This document shows positions 10,201-17,919 of a stretch of DNA of 30,921 nucleotides, one piece after another (the stretch's first letter is position 1; each line of letters begins with the position of its first letter). Source of the DNA: a virus (lineage: Duplodnaviria; Caudoviricetes). The DNA lies in the IMG/VR virus record IMGVR_UViG_3300032093_000572, positions 1 to 30,921 of that record; one strand, written 5' to 3'. The notes under the pieces were generated by a model. That model saw only the letters and a program-made list of their open reading frames with translations, did no database searches and had not been told where the DNA came from. The position numbers and the translations under genes were made by a program.

Positions 10201-13200
10201 GTCCGCACCTTTTGTCACCAAGACCGAAGGCTGGGTGAACCTCGCACTTAAGCGCATAATGATCATGGCTGCGGAAGAAGGCTATGACAGCGTAGCTTTT
10301 TCTAACGGAAAGCAGAACGCAGATAGATACAATTTAGCTAATCACGTTGAATCGATACAAGTACTTAAGGAAGGGGAAGGATATTACGTCACCCCCACCG
10401 ATAAAGATGGGTATGAATTTCCTCCACAAGAAGCTAAAAACGCCGCAGAACTTGAGCGTATGGTCGGTGTAGAATTAGCAAAAAAAATTGTAAAAGATTT
10501 TAGTGGAAAACCCAATGATAGTTTTACCGCTATGCAAAACGAAGATTTTGAAACTTATGCTGTTTATAATCAAAATTTAGAACAAATTGGCCCCAAATTT
10601 GATGATTACGATCAAGCCGCAGATTATGCAAAAGATCTTCTCGCTGGTAGAGTAGTTCCTCCTAGAGTGTACAGTGGTTTAGATTTGGACATTGGTGGTG
10701 AAGGCATGAAAACCTTCTATGACCAAATCATTCCTTCTGCGTTGAAGAAGCTACTGCCAAAAGTTGATGGTGGAAAACTTCGTAATGTTAATATTGATTT
10801 TTCTGGGGATGCGTCTAATAACGAAGAATTGCCTTGGAACATTGCGGCTGTTCGCCGGATAATTCAAAGCGGTGGGGAAGTATACGCAGTTACGCATTAT
10901 GGGTCTGAAGAACAAATTAGATCGGAACAAGATTTAGAAGATATATTAGAATACGGAGAACCAAGAGGGTTTATATACGGCGATAAAGGAGAAACCCTTC
11001 CCCAACTCGGTTTCGACATTACCCCGGAGATGGTGTCCAAGATCGAAGGGGGCTTGCCGCAGTTCTCCCGCGCCCCGGAAGTCCGTGAGTCCCGCGCTCC
11101 CGGCGTTGTAGTCAACCCGCGTGCGCCATCGCCCAGCGTCATAGGCAACGGCACCGCACAGGGTCGGCAGCAGCTTGCCGACTACGCCTACGGTCGTATG
11201 GATACCGTGATGCGGAACACCCCGCAGTGGGGTAAGGCGACGATGGGCAAGGCGCTGGGCGAGTTGAGCAACATGCCCACCAGCGCGAGAAAGTTTGTCT
11301 ACTACGCGGCACAGCTTCCGCAGTTGGCCGACATGATCGACAAGACCAGCCCCAGTGCAGCGGCCCGCATCCGGGATCTGGGGGAAGTCCTTGCTGCGCG
11401 GAAGACCCGTGCGGATAAACGGAAAGCGTTCATCGAGAAAATCCTGCTTGACGGCAAAGCGGCAGTGGAGAAGTACACGCCCGCGCAGTTGGCTAAGTTT
11501 GAAGAAGTGACGCACAACCTGAGCCGGGAGCAGATTGATCCGTGGGATGCCGCTAACAAGACCCACCCGCTATCTCGACAATTCTATGCGTTGCCGAAAC
11601 CGTTGCAGGACATTTTTAGCTCGGTGGTCGCGGCGTACCGGCAGTTTGGGGATGAGTACCTCGACCACATGGAGAAGATCGCGGGGCCTGCGTTCTCTCC
11701 TGCGATGAAGATGCAGTACAAGATGCGGATGAAGCGGATCATGCCGTACCTCCCGTTGTTCCGCGAAGGCGACTTCTGGGTGGCGTACACCGACAGAACT
11801 GGTGAGGCTGTGGTCCGGGCGTGTGATACCGACCTTGAACGCAGTCAGGTGATGCGTGCAGCACAGGCGGCAGGGGCGACCGACATCCAGCCGTTCAAGC
11901 AATTGGCTGACATCAACCCCAACAACGTGAAGCCGACTCGGGAGTTCGCCCAGATTTTCAACCTGATGAAGGAAAAGGGAGTCGATGAGGCGGTGCAGGC
12001 TAAGGTCTACCAGACGCTCCTCCAGATGTTCCCGGCGAAGTCCATCATGCAGCAATTCCGCCCCCGTAAGGGGACGCTGGGTTACCGTGAGGACATCCTA
12101 CGGAACTTCGCCATCGTGGGTTCCCGCATGGCCGACAACCTCACGCAGTTTGAGTTCACCAAAGACATCGACAACGTCTACAGCGACTTGGGCAAGGAAC
12201 TGCTAAAGAGCGAGCGGTCCGGGGATGACGTTGCCGTTGACATGCTGAACGAACTGAAACAGCGGGAGAACTTCCTGCGGTATCCGGTGAACAGCAAGTA
12301 CGCCAACCTCGCCGCGTCTGCCAGCTACAACCAATTTTTGCTGGGTAATATTTCCTCGTCGGTGATGAACAGCACCAGCTTGGTGATGAGTACGTTGCCT
12401 GTTCTCGGCGGCGAGTACGGCTACGGTAGGACCGCCGCTGCGATGTCGAGAGCGTTGAGCATGTACGCCAAGGGTGGCCGGGACGACAACACCTCACTCA
12501 CTATCTTCGGTCGGCGGCTGTCCGACAAGACCTTCATGGGCGACTCGGCTCGGGGCAAGGCGTTAGAGAAATCCCGTCCTGACCTCAAGAAGCTCTACGA
12601 CACCGCAATATCCCGGCAGGCTATCCACCGTTCCGTGGGGCTTGAACTCCACGATATGAGGAAGATGGCGCTGTCGGAATACACCGGCTCGTGGATGAAA
12701 ATCAAAACGCTCTTAAGCTGGTTGTTCCAAAACTCGGAGCGGATGAACCGCGAAATTACTTTGCTTGCTGCGTATCAGTTAGAAATGGATGCGTTAGCGA
12801 AGCGCGGGATTCGCGGGGATGCGGCGACCAATCAGGCGATTGATAAAGCCATCAAGGCGATCACGTTCACCCAAGGCGTTGCCACCCCGGAGCTTGGTTC
12901 TCGGGCGCTTCAAGGCAATATAGGCAAAGTCATTGGTACGTTTAAGAAGTACCCCATGACCCAGCTTTACATGGTAGGCACGCTCTTCAACGATGCTATC
13001 CGGGGCGCAAGCGCCAAAGAAAAGCAGATCGCACAGAAACAGCTTCTGGGCATCATGGGTATGGGTTGGGCGTTTGCCGGGGTTAAGGGCCTGCCGCTCG
13101 TTGGCGGTATCTCATTTTTGGCCGAGATGATTATCGGCGACGATGATGAGCCATTCGACATAGACCAGTGGGCGCTGGAGTCAATGGGCAATCTGGGGTG

Positions 13201-13879
13201 GAACGGTCTGGTCAGTGATATGACCGGCCTCCGCATCAGCGACCGTGCGGCTATCGGCTCGTTCTTCCGTGAGGATAAAAAGCGGCTGCAAGAGCTTGGG
13301 TGGCAGTGGTATCTCGCGGAGCAGACCATTGGTGCGCCTGCCAGTCTGGTGAAGAATTGGATCGACGCGAGCGAACTATTCCAGCAAGGCTACACTTTGA
13401 AAGCGGCGGAACGCGCCTTGCCCCTGTTCATGAGCAACGCCATTAAAGCGGTTGATCAAGGCATCAACGGTATCGTCACCAAGGACGGCGTGCGTATTGC
13501 GGACGACCCGAGTACCAAGGACCTCATCATGCAGGGTATTGGGTTCCGAAAGGAATCGACTGCACGGGCGCAGGATGTCAACACTATCGAGAACCAAATC
13601 ACCACAGCGGTTAACGCCCGCAGGACTCAGGTCCTCAATAACCTCTGGCGGTTCCGTAACGATCCTGAGCGGCTGGCAGAAGCCCGTGAAGCTAGGGACG
13701 ACTTCAATCGCAGTCGGTACGGGCAGCTACCGAAAAACCGTATCACTGCCGAGACTATTGAGAAGTCCAAGAAGCAACACAAGGTGGTGGACAAAGCGGC
13801 GGCAGCGCACGCTGGTATGGCCCCGGACCAAAGGTACAAAGCCGCGTTCCGAGAGTTGGAAGAATCGGTGGACAGATAA
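4220..13879 (+). CDS. Giant polyvalent (ejection-type) protein, 3219 aa, with ParB-like, zincin-like metallopeptidase, EEVQSD-motif and PLxRFG-like domains
   Basis: Uninterrupted ORF with a GGAG SD. Motifs: GHEGRHRARVL (ParB-like, ~7400), LRLDIPAY (~7880), FLHEVGDHLG...ELLAY (HExxxH-E, 8540), VLFVEEVQSDW (~9670) and YLPLFREGDFWV (PLxRFG-like, ~11750). Confidence 0.85.
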   Translation: MPTFLVSTPTGRQFEVDGADENEAISSLQNYLSGEAAPQRRTRLTPEMIDAYQQSLGAPALNQSSISDEDLKSKLAEYEHKPGFLESLGSGAERSFSQAAVLKDQLLSLGAKGLGYDDYAKQKLDEAAAKQEEIQQTNPAQFESYKDVNWSNLPAYAGESIGEQAFNALTMLGFGGVGGAIGKRVVTSAAEKAVAEMAAQRAAAGAAEAAVPAVERLVAREAAKGAGVGGNIGMYLGSFGLNAGDTYQGIYDKTGEMAPGASVIGASINGFLDSIVPARFVKALRETPTLRAEVAARIAAGKGVAEGLLPAVKAGAMGALKGGALEPITEVGQEIVNKLAEDIVGESQEKWGSEDFDRFINSAAKSIAPGMLFGFGEGVGKQSNRRAIADRLEQQQQARQFDADQLASEEERKQQLYEGIPELEQQVQMLTEALNLPENRARAGELNFNLRETQQQLNDLSQELTILEMPRNQRAQFYAQQQQEEEIAPEEEEAPPTAPAPVTARSVLEPLGVSAEDIKGLNVNPNAPLRGNAAQRVADFIDQWRVNPNLSLEQAQAADAALAELPELQSDAISVGQREDREAHLAAAPDLVPKKMENWYKAAQQHGLTPESPDAWQQLSDARYAARSPSVRAALTEKLKADFPEQEQGEADRVAALTEQQRMAEEQARAEAVFKKAQDATYRKQVKDTIANFLAIAKEQQRKLEAARKQAAQEGKLKAEQDAQAGTLISELDRHLNSDLPALTQAQLDAPDSTAAAVALRQMRDTIAKKQEALNNLAPVGTRPTPRPATIAPPNITAMQTVSDVLRHAGFPGAAKPNGMQPNAPLRGATAEKLANFLQRIKPESVKDVAQGERIDALKEHPAFALEEIERTKAEDHQAHIESAAGLRRSREAFQAWQTQLRGDYKLGTDAEKDQAVYRDLRTAQGVAQDHTKNQIEKYIYSSPPLKKIAAEEQQSAGPLAEVRESRAESRSGAGAFSEDAFRKAMGDAVNWSGDYKTPGYKSKDKLIEMPIADFLTIADDGFQQKNYDDVLALFRKGIKFNAIPQLSLFRDKDGNIRGQGHEGRHRARVLRDNGYDTIPVKLLTDIRWSEQSDPKSFDYLKKWPSKIISQDGTKSIPMLVPREQSMTPWSPSTKIRESRAGKVTKNRTPELQAAAEKLKAGEITREDYARLVNKYKPVVPYEQVPAPASNADMEQALDKPKVPKINAPRGMANGTPVKLRLDIPAYDKHNTWIVTVHEGNKPGFKAEAVIGYTSTAAATDVTFGLETAQAGLNIAGGKPKGTIATMKGKWRDMTPEKAKARADAAMKDPAWRQIGMDPERHGYFYDRETMQPITRADEVIQIGPLVLGKNVTYGKPDNFLYSRAAEGSSTKPTPEQVRKVIEDRMGASAANVTIARTPKEAGVDNVKGIHPLTKGAIINGKAYLFTDNMRVGKEFGVFLHEVGDHLGMKKLVGEGNYNFLVSQVQKWADKNDGSLESKIARAAMERIPQGTKKESELLAYFIEEAVDNYGVNPSEVRDTATPLGAFFRKIMAGIKNILNKLGLSPKDLTSQDIIDLAYGAAQLELSGQVKGKGTSLSLSSDKNISPLGFYSALEYNLSRLPTKSATAAGWKDAIKGLLNKGLVKAEEVEWSGINDWLDLTEGKITREQVQDYLAQGGVQVEETVLGRAKKKDDKPLTWGEWSEPDENGHKEMKASSGSKIIYKPKNSNSGPGTPLRDDYVVIDSNGRHQGTVNDLEHAKQITSAFESSAGMGVTPTRYNRNNLVLPNGKNYREVLLTLPSKKVKGRNYGHWEQSNVLAHTRLNDRVDTDGKRVLFVEEVQSDWGQKGKKEGFVVSLPPLKELPNDVVVTKKYNATIDEVEYIKAEFTRINRIITNLFDAADFNPEKRKKYNAIVDGEKGDRFLDLSHKFTDFNSYNRIDRVLNTVPHSEFLEWRELIREIVPTAFETDPYESRQIWVAIQSNARIGTGETKEEAKKEALDVINENRKFPDGIASAPFVTKTEGWVNLALKRIMIMAAEEGYDSVAFSNGKQNADRYNLANHVESIQVLKEGEGYYVTPTDKDGYEFPPQEAKNAAELERMVGVELAKKIVKDFSGKPNDSFTAMQNEDFETYAVYNQNLEQIGPKFDDYDQAADYAKDLLAGRVVPPRVYSGLDLDIGGEGMKTFYDQIIPSALKKLLPKVDGGKLRNVNIDFSGDASNNEELPWNIAAVRRIIQSGGEVYAVTHYGSEEQIRSEQDLEDILEYGEPRGFIYGDKGETLPQLGFDITPEMVSKIEGGLPQFSRAPEVRESRAPGVVVNPRAPSPSVIGNGTAQGRQQLADYAYGRMDTVMRNTPQWGKATMGKALGELSNMPTSARKFVYYAAQLPQLADMIDKTSPSAAARIRDLGEVLAARKTRADKRKAFIEKILLDGKAAVEKYTPAQLAKFEEVTHNLSREQIDPWDAANKTHPLSRQFYALPKPLQDIFSSVVAAYRQFGDEYLDHMEKIAGPAFSPAMKMQYKMRMKRIMPYLPLFREGDFWVAYTDRTGEAVVRACDTDLERSQVMRAAQAAGATDIQPFKQLADINPNNVKPTREFAQIFNLMKEKGVDEAVQAKVYQTLLQMFPAKSIMQQFRPRKGTLGYREDILRNFAIVGSRMADNLTQFEFTKDIDNVYSDLGKELLKSERSGDDVAVDMLNELKQRENFLRYPVNSKYANLAASASYNQFLLGNISSSVMNSTSLVMSTLPVLGGEYGYGRTAAAMSRALSMYAKGGRDDNTSLTIFGRRLSDKTFMGDSARGKALEKSRPDLKKLYDTAISRQAIHRSVGLELHDMRKMALSEYTGSWMKIKTLLSWLFQNSERMNREITLLAAYQLEMDALAKRGIRGDAATNQAIDKAIKAITFTQGVATPELGSRALQGNIGKVIGTFKKYPMTQLYMVGTLFNDAIRGASAKEKQIAQKQLLGIMGMGWAFAGVKGLPLVGGISFLAEMIIGDDDEPFDIDQWALESMGNLGWNGLVSDMTGLRISDRAAIGSFFREDKKRLQELGWQWYLAEQTIGAPASLVKNWIDASELFQQGYTLKAAERALPLFMSNAIKAVDQGINGIVTKDGVRIADDPSTKDLIMQGIGFRKESTARAQDVNTIENQITTAVNARRTQVLNNLWRFRNDPERLAEAREARDDFNRSRYGQLPKNRITAETIEKSKKQHKVVDKAAAAHAGMAPDQRYKAAFRELEESVDR
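7101..7124 (+). repeat. Junction repeat copy 1 (CGGAAGTCCGTGAGTCCCGTGCGG; EVRESRA)
   Basis: 18 bp identical to 7626-7643 and 19 bp identical to 11076-11094. Confidence 0.9.
7626..7643 (+). repeat. Junction repeat copy 2 (TCCGTGAGTCCCGTGCGG; IRESRA)
   Basis: Exact match to 7107-7124, offset 519 bp (in frame). Confidence 0.9.
11076..11097 (+). repeat. Junction repeat copy 3 (CGGAAGTCCGTGAGTCCCGCGC; EVRESRA)
   Basis: 19 bp identical to 7101-7119, offset 3975 bp (in frame). Confidence 0.9.
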
Positions 13880-13914
13880 AAGAAAACCCCGCTAAGAACG
13901 GTCCTAGCGGGGTT
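13878..13914 (-). terminator. Intrinsic terminator between the convergent arms, with the U-tract on the - strand
   Basis: Stem AACCCCGCTA (13885-13894) / TAGCGGGGTT (13905-13914), followed on the - strand by TTTTCTTTT. Confidence 0.85.
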
Positions 13915-13946
13915 AAAACACAACGAACACAAAAAACAACAGAGGT
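13878..13946 (-). ncRNA. Candidate ~69-nt small RNA with a 5' anti-SD (ACCUC) and a GU-rich seed
   Basis: Bracketed by TTGCCT-N17-TATATT and an intrinsic terminator. No ORF. The 5' part is complementary to phage mRNA leaders at 18328-18347, 29254-29270 and 30224-30237. Confidence 0.5.
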
Positions 13947-13952
13947 GCGCGA

Positions 13953-13981
13953 AATATACAGGGCTATCCCAAGTTAGGCAA
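13953..13981 (-). promoter_or_regulatory. Putative sigma70 promoter at the 3' end of the primase gene
   Basis: TTGCCT (13981-13976), 17-nt spacer, TATATT (13958-13953). An A at 13946 sits at the expected +1 distance. Confidence 0.55.
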
Positions 13982-16753
13982 CAACCCCTCGATCCCAAAG
14001 AAGTCTTCTTTCTCAAACGTAAACTCGTGGACCCGCACCGCCGGGGAGTCTGAGTTGGTCCCCTTGCCCATCCGCTTCTTGGTTTCACCGATATAAGTCC
14101 CCCGGTCCCGGAAGTCCTTCAGCAAATCCTTGGCGCTCACCTGCCGCTCCATGCAAAAATCTTTGAATGGTTTGGTGCCAATAAATATCCGCTTGGTATC
14201 CGGCTCGACCCGGACAAGTAGTTGTCGGCGCGGGGTTAGAATCGCCATTGGGGATAGGACCGACCGTCTGTCCATCACGGCGTTGATGACCAAGATGCTG
14301 TCTTGGTTAGCGTTCAAAAACTCACCAAGGATGTCGGCGGAGTCTGGTACTGCCTCGTTCATGTCCCGGCGCAACGATGGAATCAAGCCATCTATCACCC
14401 AGTCCAGCACAGGCTTAGGCGCAATCCCGTGAAGGTCTAAACTATGGGACACCGTGCCGCCGACTAGGTTGGCTGCAATGGTCGCCGCCCAGTACCGCTC
14501 CTTGCTCACCAGCCGTGCCCGCTTGTCGATGTACTCCTGCATGGCGATCTGTTGGCGCTTGATGTCGTCTCGGGACTTCACCACATAGTCCATGTACAGC
14601 GGGCCAGCAACGCCGAAGTTATTGGCGAGCGTTACTTCAAACAACTGATACGCATCCGACTTGCTCATATTGTTGAGTGAGTCAATTTTGTACTCAATAA
14701 GTCGCATTAGTTCGCCGTTCGCTGTGGCTTTACCAGAAGAGATTTTATCCGCGATAGAGGAGTTGGAAGTTGCCAGCGCGATGGTCGCCCATGTCGTGGT
14801 GTTCTTCCGCTCCATGTTCGACTGCGACTGCATCCGCCCCGGACCCTGCCCCTGAGACACCGCGTAGGCCAGCTTAGACGCCACCTCGGGCTGGATGTTG
14901 GTTAGCTCATCCATTGTATAGGGCAGGTTGTTGAGTACGCCGAGGCGGTGGATCTTGTGGGCGTAGGTGTCGCCCTCGGTGGACAGGAGCTTGCTCGGGT
15001 GCCCGTAGACGCTGTTGACCATCCGCATGATGGTCGTCTTCCCCGTGCCTGACTGCGCGTTGACCAGCGAGATCAAAGCGCCGTTGTACCCACTGAACTT
15101 CATCAGGGGCGCACCGAATGCGGTGAAGAACGCAAAGGCAAACGCTTCCGCGCCGGGGCGGCTGTACGGCTCCACGACCCGCTTCCAATTGTCCAAGGTG
15201 CCACTGCTGTACAGCAAGGAGGATACCGATTCGGTTATTTCGGATGGCGGGCTGTACCGCGTCTCCGACACGCCGATCTCGTTGGTGCCTAAAATAAACT
15301 TGGTGTCGCCCTCGGCCCAGCCCATCTGGTTGTGTAGCACCTCGGTGTCGAGCATCACTTGCTGCTGCTTGGCGCACGAGATGAGATACCACATCAGCCT
15401 GCTCAGGGCGTCGCCCGCGCTCAAGACACCATTGGCCGACAGCACCTTGCGTAGCTCGTCCTTGGAGGTCATAGCGGATAGCGGGATAACGAACTCCCGT
15501 GCCTTCTCCCTTGGTAGGTGCAGCCGTGCCAACGCTAGGTCGCCCCGGATGGAGTCGGTCATGCGCTTGACGAGGTAGAGGGAATGCTCGTAGACCATTT
15601 CCGACTCGTCGTTGTTCTGGATGTAAATAGCGCCAGATTTGGCTCTGAAATATGGGCTAGGCAGCACCGGGATGTCGTACTCGACAGGACTGCCGCCCTC
15701 CTCGATCTCAACGATAACTTCCTCATCGCTCCCTTGAACCTCAATGCCGAGAACGATGGGACTCTTAATTTTCCCCTTGTGTGGGCACCGCTTGCACCCG
15801 CCGGGGTTGTGAAACTCTATGGTCTCGCACTTGTATGGCTTGTCCACCAAGTCTTCTGACTTCCGCACCGTCGCCTCAAAGCTATAGCCCGAGTGCTTGT
15901 CAGAGATAGCGTGGATGCCGATTTCAAAATCAACGCAGTTCCGGGCGATGGATAGCCCAGCCCGCCACAGGTTGTAGTCCAGCCCTTCCTGATTGGTCGC
16001 GATGTGTACCAACTGCTGGCACCCGTCGCCACGGGACGAGCGATCCAGAATCAACGCGAACCGCTTTTGCTTGTCGTCAGACAGCGACTGCATCAATGGG
16101 CTCGGTCCCGCCTTCAGATAATCAGGCGGCTCAGACAGCAGCACCGTCACCCCGACACACTGCCGGATCTCATCTATCCCGGACGCCTCACCCTCAAACA
16201 GCACCCCCACAGGAACCGCAGGGTCGCGCTTGTAGTTGGACGTACCGGGGACCCGCAGGATGCGAGCGGCGTCGGCGGTGACTGAAGCGTCAGCGTGCAG
16301 CGCGTGTTCCTTGCACAGGGTCTTCAACCGCTCCGCGACCGGCTTCCACTCGGCCAAACGGATGGGGGCTTTTAACGCCCAATAAACATGGACCCCGTAC
16401 CCGGAGGATACGATGGTCGGACTGGGTAATCCCGTCTTATCCAAGAAAGCCGCAAACGCTTCCAGCCCCGCAGTCTGGTCGGGGTAGTCCTTGGTCGGAC
16501 CACAGTCGATGTCGAGGTAAAACGATTTGAGTACTTGGACGTTGATGGTCTTGCGACCAACCGCAGGATCTTCAAAGCTCGCACAAGCAAAATACGAGTT
16601 AAAATTCTCGGCGTCTAACTGAGATGATTTCTGAACAGCGTTGTCGATATTGTCGTAAAAATAGGTCTGGGGGTTATGGCCTGCTTTTAACCCCACTATG
16701 CAATACACCCCCTCCTCGGGGAGTACATGCGAGAGAAATTTCGTTGTGTCCAT
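13964..16753 (-). CDS. DNA primase-helicase fusion (RepB/AEP-like primase + DUF927 + P-loop ATPase)
   Basis: Primase motifs FYLDIDCG, SSGYGVHVYW and DAARILRVPGTSNYK. Cys cluster C..CPH. Walker A AQSGTGKTT and Walker B YTMDE. ATG at 16753 is preferred over the GTG at 16783, which overlaps the upstream gene. Confidence 0.85.
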   Translation of the reverse strand: MDTTKFLSHVLPEEGVYCIVGLKAGHNPQTYFYDNIDNAVQKSSQLDAENFNSYFACASFEDPAVGRKTINVQVLKSFYLDIDCGPTKDYPDQTAGLEAFAAFLDKTGLPSPTIVSSGYGVHVYWALKAPIRLAEWKPVAERLKTLCKEHALHADASVTADAARILRVPGTSNYKRDPAVPVGVLFEGEASGIDEIRQCVGVTVLLSEPPDYLKAGPSPLMQSLSDDKQKRFALILDRSSRGDGCQQLVHIATNQEGLDYNLWRAGLSIARNCVDFEIGIHAISDKHSGYSFEATVRKSEDLVDKPYKCETIEFHNPGGCKRCPHKGKIKSPIVLGIEVQGSDEEVIVEIEEGGSPVEYDIPVLPSPYFRAKSGAIYIQNNDESEMVYEHSLYLVKRMTDSIRGDLALARLHLPREKAREFVIPLSAMTSKDELRKVLSANGVLSAGDALSRLMWYLISCAKQQQVMLDTEVLHNQMGWAEGDTKFILGTNEIGVSETRYSPPSEITESVSSLLYSSGTLDNWKRVVEPYSRPGAEAFAFAFFTAFGAPLMKFSGYNGALISLVNAQSGTGKTTIMRMVNSVYGHPSKLLSTEGDTYAHKIHRLGVLNNLPYTMDELTNIQPEVASKLAYAVSQGQGPGRMQSQSNMERKNTTTWATIALATSNSSIADKISSGKATANGELMRLIEYKIDSLNNMSKSDAYQLFEVTLANNFGVAGPLYMDYVVKSRDDIKRQQIAMQEYIDKRARLVSKERYWAATIAANLVGGTVSHSLDLHGIAPKPVLDWVIDGLIPSLRRDMNEAVPDSADILGEFLNANQDSILVINAVMDRRSVLSPMAILTPRRQLLVRVEPDTKRIFIGTKPFKDFCMERQVSAKDLLKDFRDRGTYIGETKKRMGKGTNSDSPAVRVHEFTFEKEDFFGIEGLLPNLG

Positions 16754-16763
16754 GTAAATTCTC

Positions 16764-17003
16764 TTACTGCGTCCATCCCCCACTCACCAATAGCGCAGTT
16801 ATTTTTTCTCTGTAATGTTTTCTCGGTTCTACTTTGCCGGTGAACCACTTGTATATCGTCATTTTGGAGACCCCAAAATACTCCGCCATATCAATGGCGG
16901 AGATGTCTCGGCTAATACAATACCGGCCCAAGAGAACACCGAGGCTATCAGACGCGGAGCGGTTCACCTCCACGATTCGCTGACTGTAACCTCGGTTGTC
17001 CAT
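16764..17003 (-). CDS. Small Cro/XRE-like HTH protein
   Basis: ISAIDMAEYFGVSKMTIYKWFTG helix-turn-helix pattern. TAATG coupling with the upstream gene. Confidence 0.8.
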   Translation of the reverse strand: MDNRGYSQRIVEVNRSASDSLGVLLGRYCISRDISAIDMAEYFGVSKMTIYKWFTGKVEPRKHYREKITALLVSGGWTQ

Positions 17004-17908
17004 TACTCGTCGTCCACTTCCGTAGCGCGTTTCTTGTTGGCGAACTTCGCCAATACCGCGCTAACGTCAGGTTTCGCAGGCACCACATCGGCGGGCTTCT
17101 TCGCCTTGACCTTCGGCTCCTCATCCTCGTCCACCTCGCCGCCGTTGGCCTTGATGGCGTCCTTCAGCGACGGTAGTGCCTTCTGGCCCTTGTCGGCCTG
17201 ATACACCGTCAGCGTCACCGCCAGCTTGGCCTCCGGGGACTGCCCAAACTCAATCAACTTGGGCATCGCTTCCCGTGACGGGAACCCAATCGGCGAGAAG
17301 AACATCTTCGGGGTGTCCGCGTCATCGTCGAACGAGATGCGGGTGATCAAGCGGTCGATGCTGTGGTTCTGGCTCGCAACGTACTTGAAGTACTGCTGGT
17401 AAGGCATGTGGGCAATGTCGCCCTTGCCAAACAGCGAGGTCGCGGGCAGTTCCAGCATGTGAACGCCGGAGTCCAGATCGTCCGCCAAGACCACCGCGAT
17501 GCGCTGCTTGAACCGGCAGGCGCGGGTCGTGCCCTGACCACTGCCAGCGATGTTCATCGGGCAGTCGTTGCAGTTGCTGTGCTGCGGGTTCTCCACACTG
17601 GGGTGCGGGGCCTTGCTGTCAGCCGACCAGCAAGTCGGCGGCGCGGCATCCGCAGTCGGGTCGTAGGTCCCGGCGTAGTAGGTCCGGGAAACGTCCTTTG
17701 CCACGTTGACGATGACTACGTCAAGGGCGTCCTTCTTCTTCGCCACTTCCTCACCGTTGACGATCAGGCGGAACACCTTGCCCCGGATAGAGATGCGCTT
17801 GTTAGTGCCCCCCATCCTCTGCATCAGACCCTTGGTCAGTTCAGACTGGCCTTCACTACGGATGTAGTCGGGCACCATACCAGCATTAAACGGAATCATA
17901 TCGCTCAT
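17003..17908 (-). CDS. Putative ssDNA-binding/annealing protein
   Basis: RISIRGKVFR and PPTCWS.D...C..CP.NI.GSG...RACR motifs, acidic C-terminus, AGGAGA SD, and position in the replication module. The function is inferred. Confidence 0.65.
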   Translation of the reverse strand: MSDMIPFNAGMVPDYIRSEGQSELTKGLMQRMGGTNKRISIRGKVFRLIVNGEEVAKKKDALDVVIVNVAKDVSRTYYAGTYDPTADAAPPTCWSADSKAPHPSVENPQHSNCNDCPMNIAGSGQGTTRACRFKQRIAVVLADDLDSGVHMLELPATSLFGKGDIAHMPYQQYFKYVASQNHSIDRLITRISFDDDADTPKMFFSPIGFPSREAMPKLIEFGQSPEAKLAVTLTVYQADKGQKALPSLKDAIKANGGEVDEDEEPKVKAKKPADVVPAKPDVSAVLAKFANKKRATEVDDE

Positions 17909-17919
17909 CTTAAATCTCC

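Noticed and set aside
7125-11060. Inteins, introns or IS elements as the explanation for AT-rich inserts in the giant gene
   Set aside because: I saw no intein C/S...HN-C/S/T boundaries, LAGLIDADG motifs, transposase, terminal inverted repeats or frame breaks.
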